From the human T2T-CHM13v2.0 reference genome, Homo sapiens, in the NCBI RefSeq assembly GCF_009914755.1, contig NC_060942.1: a DNA stretch of 64,000 nucleotides. One strand, written 5' to 3'. Positions within the stretch are counted from its first letter, which is position 1; each line of letters begins with the position of its first letter. The translations under genes were made by a program, and so were the position numbers. The notes beneath the pieces were generated by a model. That model did not search any database. It worked only from the letters and a program-made list of their open reading frames with translations, and was not told the origin of the DNA. Below, piece after piece: positions 29,270 to 39,935 of the stretch.

Positions 29270-29720
29270 TTTGAAAATGTATGAGACGATCACCAAAAAC
29301 TGGAAACAACTGAAATGTTTGCTAAGTGGTGAACTGATAAATTGCAGTATATCTACTCCATTGAATACTACTAGTAAATTAAAGAAAAAATTAATAAAAA
29401 CATGCAACAACATAGAGGAATGTTAAAAGGAATTATGCCAACTTCAAGAAGCCACACTGACAACGCTATTTACTGCAGGACTCAATGGGTATGACATTGT
29501 GGAACAGGCAAAACTATAGCCACAGAAAACAAATGAGTGGTTGCCAGGGGCTGGGAGGAAGGAGGAAATTCACTACAAAATGGTGTGAGAAAACTTTCTG
29601 GATGGAAATATTACAACTCTTGATTCTGTTGTTAATTACATGACTTACATACATTTGTCAAAATTCATATAACTGTACACCTAAAAAAGAATTTTACCAT
29701 ATGTAAATTATAGTGCAATA
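29270..29720 (+). mobile_element. Old L1M 3' end
   Basis: AACTGGAAACAAC, GGCAAAACTATAG, GTGGTTGCCAGGGGCTGGG, CATTTGTCAAAATTCATATAACTGTACAC. Confidence 0.7.
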
Positions 29721-30770
29721 TATCTTTTAAAAGTATGATAAAATATATTCAGACCTTCACATAATAGAGGTCTTTTTAATAACATTTCACTGAGAAAATA
29801 CAAGTGTGCATGTAGACTCGAGAATCTGCAATAACTCCAGAAGGGCAGGGGTGCAGGTAACCTTGACCCACAGGCTGCACCCTACTGATTACACAACTAT
29901 ATTAGTGTCCTAAATGGCCACTTAGCCTGTATATTTTTCTCCTCCAGGCTCTTCCGGGCTCAGTCTCTCCAGTTTCCATCCTGTTGTTCTGTCAGTAACC
30001 CAGAACTCTCAATAACCTCTTTTAATTTTTGTTCTGTCAATAACCCAGAACTCTCAGAACTCTCAATAACCCCTTTATATAGACTTGTTAGTGGAAAGGA
30101 CTTTGAAGGTCATGAATTTCCAACTCTGACTCACTGCTGAGCCCCATCCCCAGTACTCCTGCCTGAGGTCAGCGAGCTTCTACCTGGGTACCCTAGTGGC
30201 AATGGGGTTCCCCACCTCATGAGGTAGAGTGCTCTATGGGTAATAACCCTGAATTACTAGATAGGTTTATGTTCTTACTTACAGAGAAAACTCAAACTTC
30301 TCGGGAGAGCACTAAAGATCTTCCACAGTCTGACTCCAAATGGCGTCTCTGGCTCATCTCATTAGGTTCATCTAATCCACACGGTAGGCCCTGCTCTACT
30401 CCTTGTTCTCAGGCCATGCCTAGTGTTCTTCCACTTTTGCACCTGCACTCATTCTGGTTTCTATGTCTTGTAAAACAGATTGTCTTGTCCTGTAAACTCA
30501 GTGCTCAGAGACACTCCCTCATCCTTCCTTCTCTAAAGAGACTCCAAGAGTCCAATAACATCTATGATAGCAATAACAAATATCATAGCCAAACACTCTT
30601 AACTAGGCCTCAGTGTGTTATGCTGAAATTCCCAAACCAGGTGTAATAAATGGTTTACAGGAATGGTCCCTTCTGCCCTTGGAGTTGCCAAATGAGGCCT
30701 GGGGAAGCTGGATTCCCTGGGCTCATTATCTCCAAATGGAGAAATCTCTTCCATTTATCCCAAAATGCTA

Positions 30771-30772
<2 letters not shown>

Positions 30773-30813
<41 letters not shown>
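30773..30813. repeat. (CA)n microsatellite, ~20 units
   Basis: Directly visible perfect AC run. Confidence 0.97.
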
Positions 30814-30817
<4 letters not shown>

Positions 30818-31359
30818 AAATATGTGTGTATATATAATATATATAATTTTATCTATATAAAAATTATTTTTATGCATGTGGAAAACTGAAGAAGCACAGC
30901 ATTCAGATGTCTCTAGGGCCCAGACTCCATCAGATCCCAGGCTCTAGAACTGCTCCTACCCCTCCTGACCTGCTTGTTCCATTGTCTCCATGACTATCCC
31001 ACTGCCTCACTCCTGGTCCGACCCTCTCACCCTAGCTCATTAACATTGATGCTTCGTCAGATTCTACGCTTGGTTACTACTCCTAGGTTCTGGATTTTCC
31101 TCCATTCCTAGTGCCACAGCACTCATGCCATTAATTTCTTCTTCCATCCCCATCAACTTGAAGCTCTCAAATGCTTTCCGACTTGTATGGGAGAGGAATT
31201 CCACACACTGCTCCTTTTTCCTCTGTAGATTCTATTTCTCCTTGATGATCAAGCTTCAATCTCACCTCTTCACAGACAGCTTCCGAGATCCCAAAGTCAC
31301 TTCCTCCCTCTGTGAATTACCATCCACCTCATCAACTGTTTCCTGTTGACTGGGCATAT

Positions 31360-32155
31360 TTTTTCCTACTTCTTCAACTTTTATTTTAAGTTCAGGGGTA
31401 CATGTGCAGGATGTGCAGGTTTGTTACATAGGTAAAAGTGTGCCACGGTGGTTTGCTACACAGATCATCCCATCACCTAAGTAGTAAGCCCAGCGTCCAT
31501 TAGCTATTCTTCCTGATGCTCTCCCTCCCCCACTTGCCCCTCCTCCAGCAGGCCCCAGTGTGTGTTGTTCCCCCCATGTGTCCACGTGTTTTCATCATTC
31601 AGCTCCCACTTATAAGTGACAACATGTGGTAATTGGCCTTCTGTTTCTGCGTTCGTTTGCTGAGGATAATGTCTTCCAACTCCATCCATGTCCCCGCAAA
31701 GAGCATGATCTCATTCCTTTTTATTTCTGCATAGCATTCCATGGTGTGTGTATGCCACATTTTCTTTATTCAATTTATCATTGATGGGCATTTGGGTTGA
31801 TTCCATGTCTCTGCTATTGTGAATAGTGCTGCAATGAATATACGCATGCATGTGTCTTTATAATAGAATGATTTATATTCCTTTGAGTATATACCCAGTC
31901 ATGGGATTGCTGGGTCAAATGGTATTTCTGCCTCTAGATCTTTGAGGAGTTGCCACACTGTCTTCCACAATTGTTGAACTAATTTACACTCACACCAACA
32001 GTGTAAAAGCGTTCCTTTTTCTCTGCAACCTCACCAGCATCTGTTGTTTTTTGACTTTTTAATAGTAGCCATTCTGACAGGAGTGAGATGATATCTCAGT
32101 GTAGTTTTGATTTGTATTTCTCTAAGGACCAGTGATGTTGAGCATTTTTTCATAC
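31360..32155 (-). mobile_element. L1PA (older subfamily) 3' end, antisense
   Basis: AAGTTCAGGGGTACATGTGCAGGATGTGCAGGTTTGTTACATAGGTAA; GGGATTGCTGGGTCAAATGGTATTTCT. Confidence 0.9.
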
Positions 32156-34554
32156 GTACATATTCTTAATAATTAAATTATAAGCAATTTGAAGGCACAT
32201 GCCTCTCTTGATAGCTCCCATAGTGATGGCTAGCTAGCACAGTGGCTCACATTAGGAAGATGCTTAATAGTTGCTTCTTTTAAATTAGTTGCTGAATTTA
32301 AAATATCTCTCTCAGTTCCAAGGTTGAAAGAAAATAGAAGTAGCCAAAATCTATATCCTGAACCACGCACAATGGATTATGGCCACAGAATCAGTACAGC
32401 TGATCTAAGGGATATGTAAGTACAGACACAGAGTCAACCAAATAAATCCTCTTTAATTCTGGCTGGCGCGATTGACACATACCCCAATGCAGTCTCTTGG
32501 TAAATGGGGTAAGTTATTAAATATCGCAAGGATGTGTTTGGAGAGGAAATGGTATATATCATATCAGGTATCCAGAAGGCCACACCCCACTTCCTCCTTC
32601 CTTCGCAGATCATGGCCAGAGAGGCCACCTAAGTGGCCTCCAACTTTGAGCTTGTTTTGCTACACTAGCTGCATGAGAGCTCCGGGGGGAAGGCGGGGGG
32701 TGGATAAAAGAAGCCCAAAGGAAACCTGCCAAATAGATTCTTTTAAAAAATACCTTAAAAATTTAAACTTCCTCTTTTGTCTGCATATCCACCCCATAGG
32801 TAGGGGTGGATGAGCTTTGAGTAATTCTAGAAGCCAAAACTATTAACTGTGTCTAATAACTGTTTATGGATAAAATCTTCTAACACGTGTGTGATCACTA
32901 AGACAGATACGAACCTGGACCAAGACATGGGTGTCTTGCCTGAATCATCAGAGCTACTGATATACAACAAAATCCCCCAGATAGTGACAGGTGTGTTCTC
33001 AAGCCATGGGTGAGACTGAAGTTGCCACTCTTGGTTATACAGTCCCCAAATATGGGGCATGGCAGCACACAGGCTAAGAGTTGTGGAAGATTCTTATACA
33101 AGGGAGTTCTCAATGGTTGTTCCCAACCAGGTTGGCCCCCAAAATTCAACCAAGAAACTCAAACTACAATTAACAAAAATAAAATATGGTCTAATTAATA
33201 TATCCTAGATAATGTTTGCCTTTACTTGGATGGCTATTTACATGGACAAGGGAAGAAGGGAAGATAAGGGAAAAGGCTTTTTATGTGTTTATTCAACAAT
33301 GGCGGAGGAGAGGCATGCCAGATAAGGCAGACACGGGCATTCCAAACACAAGAAAGGTATGTGCTGCAGAGAAGTCAGATAACTTTCCTAGGCTCTCCTG
33401 CAGTCCGGATGAAATACTCTCAAAAAATTAGCCCGGGCCCTTTGCTCCAATTTTTCGCTTACCTAGCAACCATCTAACTATTAATTAAATTGGTATTATG
33501 GTTTTAACATGAATCTTTTATGATTTGCTTACCATTAATCAAACCCCCGAGGCTTATTCACCTCAAGGGGAGCTGACAAAGTTGAATTATTCAACCTGCA
33601 AAGATCCAGGGCCCCCAAATACTGTCATTTCCACTCTCCCCTAACCCCCACCATGAGGCCCAGTCTCAGCACTCGGCCAGCCTATGCCCAACTCGGGGTA
33701 ATCAGCTTAGACATATTAATATTAGTGGGCATTTCAGTATCAACAGATCACTGTCTAGCAGCTGACAGGCACCCTCAGAAAATAAACCAAGAAGAAAGGG
33801 TTTATCTATAATATCAAAATTTTTCATAGATAAACCTGCCCATTATAAGGAAGAGGGCAGAAGAACCCTAAACTAAGAGCCAGGCAACTTGTTCATTAAT
33901 CACAGCATATTCCATAGAAGGAGGAGAAATGTTGTCATCAAATTCATCTTTTTCACCTCAATTAAACATCTATGCTACAGCTCCACAGTCAGATTGAGAG
34001 GAAAAACAGTACGTAGCTAAGAAAAGACATAGACTTGTAACTGAAATGCTTCACTGGTGCTCCTTTTGTTTTAAGGCATTGGATCTTCATAGCTACTGAT
34101 CGTGCCCAAGCACACAGTATCTGCAGCAACCACTTAGGCCTCCAGGAATGTGGTGACCATTGACCCTAATTCATTCCCCTTCATGGATCCTATGTAACCA
34201 TCCTCCAAAAAGAGCTTTCGCAAACTCAAATAAACACAGGAAAGGAAGACCTTCTTATCTTTGAGAGTATATGTTTAGCCCTATAACCCTCTCTTATCAT
34301 AAATTGCTTCTTAGGCAAGAAACACTGGATTTTTCTTGTATTTGTCATTGCCATTGGTTCCATACAAGCATTCATTTAACAAATAATACATTCCATCTCC
34401 GTTTTTTGCTTTTTCCTTCATGCTTCGGCCTTGGTTTTCTCTCACCTAAAACACTACAAGCTTCTTCTCCCAGAGCTCTCACTTTGACTCCAGACTACCT
34501 ACATTTAATCTTTAATTCTCTACCAAAATTTTCTCTTATCTTTATATCTTTTTA

Positions 34555-34808
34555 ATTTTAATTTTATTTTTTGTGGATACATAGTAGGTGTATATATTTA
34601 TGGGGTACATGCAATGTTTTAATACAGGCATGCAATGTGAAATAAGGACATCATGGAGAATGGGGTATCCATCTCCTCAAGCATTTATCTTTTCAGTTAC
34701 AAACAATCCAATTACACTCTTTATTTTAAAATATACAATTATTAATTATAGTCACTCTGTTGTGCTATCAAATAGTAGATCTTATTCTTTCTATTTTTTG
34801 TACCCTCT
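34555..34808 (-). mobile_element. L1MA-like 3' fragment, antisense
   Basis: TTTTGTGGATACATAGTAGGTGTATATATTTATGGGGTACATG. Confidence 0.8.
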
Positions 34809-34985
34809 CGTCTTTTTATATTAAAAAATAATCTTTATCTCTGTAAGCTTCATCAGTGATTTTCCAATGAAATTTAGGATCTTCTCTATACCCTGAATTG
34901 CCTTACTTTCTCCCCACTTCCTTGTCTTATTCAAATGCAGATTTCATTAATGATTTCCAGATCAATGATAGTTCAGAAAGCAAGC

Positions 34986-35000
34986 AAGTCAAAGTGACCA
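34986..35000 (+). promoter_or_regulatory. Imperfect estrogen response element, ~3.4 kb upstream of the TTR TSS
   Basis: AAGTCA-AAG-TGACCA versus consensus AGGTCAnnnTGACCT; position agrees with my recollection of a reported distal TTR ERE (not verified here). Confidence 0.55.
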
Positions 35001-35069
35001 AGGGCATGGCCTGAAAACTGTTCTAAGAGAGGAATTTACAGAACAACTATTAAATGATGTCAATAGGAT

Positions 35070-35445
35070 TGTATTAGTCCGTTTTCATACGGCTATAAAG
35101 AACTGCCTGAGACTGGGTAATTTATAAAGGAAAGAGGTTTAATTGACTCACAGTTCAGCACAACTGGGCAGGCCTCAGGAAACTTACAATCATGGTAGAA
35201 GGTGAAGGGGAAGCAAAGCACCTTCCTCACAAGGCGTCAGGAAGAAGTGCCAAGCAAAGGGGGAAAAGCCCCTTGTAAAACTACCAGAACCTGTGAGAAC
35301 TCAATCACTATCACAAGAACAGCATGAGGGAACCGCCCCTCGTGATTCAATTACCTCCACCTGGTCTCTCCCTTGACACATGGGGATTATGGGTGTTACA
35401 ATTCAAGATGAGATTTGGGTGGGGACACAAAGCCTAACCATATCA
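35070..35445 (-). mobile_element. THE1 (THE1D-like) solo LTR, antisense
   Basis: TGTATTAGTCC...AACCATATCA with 5-bp TSD AGGAT (35065-35069 and 35446-35450). Confidence 0.92.
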
Positions 35446-37139
35446 AGGATCAAGTGGTGGGTTGAAACTAACAGGATGAGATATATCAGATACAAACACA
35501 GGGTCCCATATTTGGGTTAAAATTCATAAATGATCAAAGCACAGGATGACAGATAATATAGGTCATTTTAGATTATTGTGGCCAACAGATCACAGTGGGT
35601 AGTGTTATGACGAAGGGAGGGTCACAGTTACTACAGTTACAGATGGATTCTGGGTACAACATTTGCACTAAAGTGCCTTTGCCAAGGGAGGCAACAGTCT
35701 CGACATCCTGTGGCCTGATCTACTTCAGGGACTGTGTCTTGTTCAGAGCATCACATTTGAAGAGAACTTTGACCAAGGGGAATATGCCAGAAAAGGAAGT
35801 TCGGGATGCTGAGGATCTTAGGAACTATGTCTAAACAAGATTCATTCACAGAAGTGGGAATGTCTATTTGGCAAAAAGAAAATACTACTTACATGGCTGT
35901 TGGAAGACCAGCAATCACAAACTCAGTTTTTCAAAAGGCTGGGCAGAAACACAGATGAAAGAAACAGGCCATGTTTAAGAAAAGATAAAAGCTCACGCAT
36001 GATATGCCACTAGAGAATCACCTAGCCTCAGTGTTGGCGGGGAGGCCTGGGGAGTCTTGATGTCTGAGAGTGACATTCTGATGATCACTGTCATGTGTAA
36101 ATGTTGGCCTAAAGCTGCCAATATTTTTGATTTAAGAGAAGCAAGAAATGCAAATTTTTATGCAGCATGTCTCAATTTTTAATTTTGGCAACTATTACAA
36201 AATGTTTAAAGAGACTCTGTGCAGCCCAAATATAACATATCTATGGGCTGATGGCAGCCCAGCGTTGCCAGTTCACAGGGTCTACAAGAGATGATTCTTA
36301 GTTTCAACAGGGTGCAGTGCTGAAACGCGTGCACAGTAGATTTTGCTTCGGTTATGAAAGAACTTCCAAATATTTATGATTCATAGCCAGAGAAAAGGCT
36401 CTCTATCCAGGTTCTGAACAATAGGAAATCATCAAGAGGATATTGGATGACAATATATGAAAGATGTTATTTGAGAAAGGATTCTCTCCTGAGGCATAGA
36501 TGTTGAACCAAATTCTATTAGTTATGCTTTTACAGCAAGATAGTGGTTTACAGCTTACAAAAGGCTTGTACATCCTCTCATATTAAAAGTTATTAGAACA
36601 GTCCTTTGAAGTAGAAAAGTAGGCATTTCTATTTTACAAACGAGTTGGCCGAGTATCTGAGATAGTAGATAACTCATAGAAGGTCATCCGGGAAACGGGG
36701 CAGCAGAACTGGGATCGAATGACTCTGGTCATCCAACTCCAAATGCAAAAGTCTTTCTGCTGCTGCTTCCTAGTTAAACTCTAAGGGTCTAAGACTCCAT
36801 TCCTAGTTATGGTCTCAACTACATTTGCTCATTGCTGTGAGGGGTCAACCCACCTCCCGGAGTCCTCTCCTGCACATTCTCATGTTCCTGAAAGGCTTTT
36901 CTGTCCCTTCCACTACTCCCTGTAAGCTCCTGTGCTTCACAATTTCTTGTTGAATTTTTTCTAATCTGACTCTATCAGTTATGGGAATGTTCCCTCAATT
37001 CTTAGTGCTCCAAACCGGACTTGCTCTTGGCTTGTATTTGTCCAAAATATTTGTCTTCTCTATGTTTTCTACATGTTTGTCTTATAAGGACAAAAACCTG
37101 CCTTAGTTTATCCATGAACAAAGCCACGCATGCTAGTGG

Positions 37140-37194
37140 ACACACACACACATGCGCGTGCGCGCGCACACACACACACACACACATACACACA
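37140..37194. repeat. Compound (CA)n-(CG)n-(CA)n alternating purine-pyrimidine tract
   Basis: ACACACACACACATGCGCGTGCGCGCGCACACAC... directly visible. Confidence 0.95.
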
Positions 37195-37457
37195 GAGACT
37201 TTGTATGTGAGTAATGAATCATCAAATCATCATAATTTCTGGACTTGTATTAATAAGTCGGCCAGGAGGAAAAGAATCTGCTGTCAATCATGGCTTCTGG
37301 TTCTCACAGTCATCTCTACTTTCTTCCAGCAAGTTTGGTTCTGTCAAAAACCAGCTGTCAGCCTTGTTCCTGCATGCCCAATGCAGAAGAGTCAGTAAAG
37401 AAGATTTGGTTCTCTGTATTTCAGGGGCATCAATGCCAGGTTGAAATATGCCATTCT

Positions 37458-37675
37458 GGCCCAGCTCAGTGGCTCACACGTGTAATCCCAGCACTTTGGA
37501 AGGCCAAAGCGGGTGGATTGCTTGAGCTCAGGAGTTCGAGACCAGCCTGGGCAAGAGGCTGAGGTGGGAGGATGACCTGAGCCCGGGAGGTCAAGGCTGC
37601 AGCGAGCTGTGATCGTGCCACTGCACTCGAGCCAGGGCGTTGGAGTGAGACCCTGTCAAAAAAAAAAAAAAAAAG
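37458..37675 (+). mobile_element. AluJ with internal deletion, followed by a (GGAA/GGGA)n tail
   Basis: Left arm ...CAGCCTGGGCAA joins directly to right-arm GAGGCTGAGGTGGGAGG. Confidence 0.85.
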
Positions 37676-38119
37676 GAAGGAAAAAAGGAAGGAAGGAAGG
37701 GAGGGAGGGAAGATGCCATTCTTAGATTGAAGTGGACTTTATCTGGGCAGAACACACACACACATACACACATGCACACACACATTGTGGAGAAATTGCT
37801 GACTAAGCAAAGCTTCCAAATGACTTAGTTTGGCTAAAATGTAGGCTTTTAAAAATGTGAGCACTGCCAAGGGTTTTTCCTTGTTGACCCATGGATCCAT
37901 CAAGTGCAAACATTTTCTAATGCACTATATTTAAGCCTGTGCAGCTAGATGTCATTCAACATGAAATACATTATTACAACTTGCATCTGTCTAAAATCTT
38001 GCATCTAAAATGAGAGACAAAAAATCTATAAAAATGGAAAACATGCATAGAAATATGTGAGGGAGGAAAAAATTACCCCCAAGAATGTTAGTGCACGCAG
38101 TCACACAGGGAGAAGACTA

Positions 38120-38169
38120 TTTTTGTTTTGTTTTGATTGTTTTGTTTTGTTTTGGTTGTTTTGTTTTGG
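38120..38169. repeat. Imperfect (TTTTG)n repeat upstream of the TTR promoter
   Basis: Directly visible. Confidence 0.9.
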
Positions 38170-38239
38170 TGACCTAACTGGTCAAATGACCTATTAAGAA
38201 TATTTCATAGAACGAATGTTCCGATGCTCTAATCTCTCT

Positions 38240-38300
38240 AGACAAGGTTCATATTTGTATGGGTTACTTATTCTCTCTTTGTTGACTAAGTCAATAATCA
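38240..38300 (+). promoter_or_regulatory. TTR: TTR proximal promoter: HNF4, weak FOXA, HNF1 and strong FOXA/HNF6/AP-1 sites
   Basis: GACAAGGTTCA (HNF4), TATTTGTAT (FOXA), GGTTACTTATTCT (HNF1) and TTGACTAAGTCAATAATC (FOXA/HNF6/AP-1) in the order established for the rodent Ttr promoter. Confidence 0.85.
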
Positions 38301-38360
38301 GAATCAGCAGGTTTGCAGTCAGATTGGCAGGGATAAGCAGCCTAGCTCAGGAGAAGTGAG

Positions 38361-38367
38361 TATAAAA
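38361..38367 (+). promoter_or_regulatory. TTR: TATA box of TTR
   Basis: TATAAAA 30 nt upstream of the mRNA start ACAGAAGTCC (~38391). Confidence 0.92.
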
Positions 38368-38416
38368 GCCCCAGGCTGGGAGCAGCCATCACAGAAGTCC
38401 ACTCATTCTTGGCAGG

Positions 38417-38485
38417 ATGGCTTCTCATCGTCTGCTCCTCCTCTGCCTTGCTGGACTGGTATTTGTGTCTGAGGCTGGCCCTACG
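38417..38485 (+). CDS. TTR: Transthyretin exon 1 CDS: signal peptide plus mature residues 1-3
   Basis: Translates [23 protein letters not shown]; donor ACG|GTGAGT. Confidence 0.99.
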
Positions 38486-39382
38486 GTGAGTGTTTCTGTG
38501 ACATCCCATTCCTACATTTAAGATTCACGCTAAATGAAGTAGAAGTGACTCCTTCCAGCTTTGCCAACCAGCTTTTATTACTAGGGCAAGGGTACCCAGC
38601 ATCTATTTTTAATATAATTAATTCAAACTTCAAAAAGAATGAAGTTCCACTGAGCTTACTGAGCTGGGACTTGAACTCTGAGCATTCTACCTCATTGCTT
38701 TGGTGCATTAGGTTTGTAATATCTGGTACCTCTGTTTCCTCAGATAGATGATAGAAATAAAGATATGATATTAAGGAAGCTGTTAATACTGAATTTTCAG
38801 AAAAGTATCCCTCCATAAAATGTATTTGGGGGACAAACTGCAGGAGATTATATTCTGGCCCTATAGTTATTCAAAACGTATTTATTGATTAATCTTTAAA
38901 AGGCTTAGTGAACAATATTCTAGTCAGATATCTAATTCTTAAATCCTCTAGAAGAATTAACTAATACTATAAAATGGGTCTGGATGTAGTTCTGACATTA
39001 TTTTATAACAACTGGTAAGAGGGAGTGACTATAGCAACAACTAAAATGATCTCAGGAAAACCTGTTTGGCCCTATGTATGGTACATTACATCTTTTCAGT
39101 AATTCCACTCAAATGGAGACTTTTAACAAAGCAACTGTTCTCAGGGGACCTATTTTCTCCCTTAAAATTCATTATACACATCCCTGGTTGATAGCAGTGT
39201 GTCTGGAGGCAGAAACCATTCTTGCTTTGGAAACAATTACGTCTGTGTTATACTGAGTAGGGAAGCTCATTAATTGTCGACACTTACGTTCCTGATAATG
39301 GGATCAGTGTGTAATTCTTGTTTCGCTCCAGATTTCTAATACCACAAAGAATAAATCCTTTCACTCTGATCAATTTTGTTAA

Positions 39383-39541
<159 letters not shown>

Positions 39542-39787
39542 TAAGTTGCCAAAGAACCCTCCCACAGGACTTGGTTTTATCTTCCCGTTTGCCCCTCACT
39601 TGGTAGAGAGAGGCTCACATCATCTGCTAAAGAATTTACAAGTAGATTGAAAAACGTAGGCAGAGGTCAAGTATGCCCTCTGAAGGATGCCCTCTTTTTG
39701 TTTTGCTTAGCTAGGAAGTGACCAGGAACCTGAGCATCATTTAGGGGCAGACAGTAGAGAAAAGAAGGAATCAGAACTCCTCTCCTC

Positions 39788-39935
39788 TAGCTGTGGTTTG
39801 CAACCCTTTTGGGTCACAGAACACTTTATGTAGGTGATGAAAAGTAAACATTCTATGCCCAGAAAAAATGCACAGATACACACACATACAAAATCATATA
39901 TGTGATTTTAGGAGTTTCACAGATTCCCTGGTGTC
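39788..39935. mobile_element. Charlie4z-like hAT remnant in TTR intron 2
   Basis: AACCCTTTTGGGTCACAGA...CCCAGAAAAAATGCACAGATACACACAC...TTCACAGATTCCCTG. Confidence 0.6.

Noticed and set aside
30236-30646. 136-aa ATG ORF upstream of TTR
   Set aside because: No recognisable domain or exon structure; length is within chance expectation for 64 kb
38417-38460. Vestigial peroxisomal PTS2 in the TTR signal peptide (HIU-hydrolase ancestry)
   Set aside because: RLLLLCLAG lacks the H/Q-L/A ending of R-L-x5-H-L; it is an ordinary ER signal peptide
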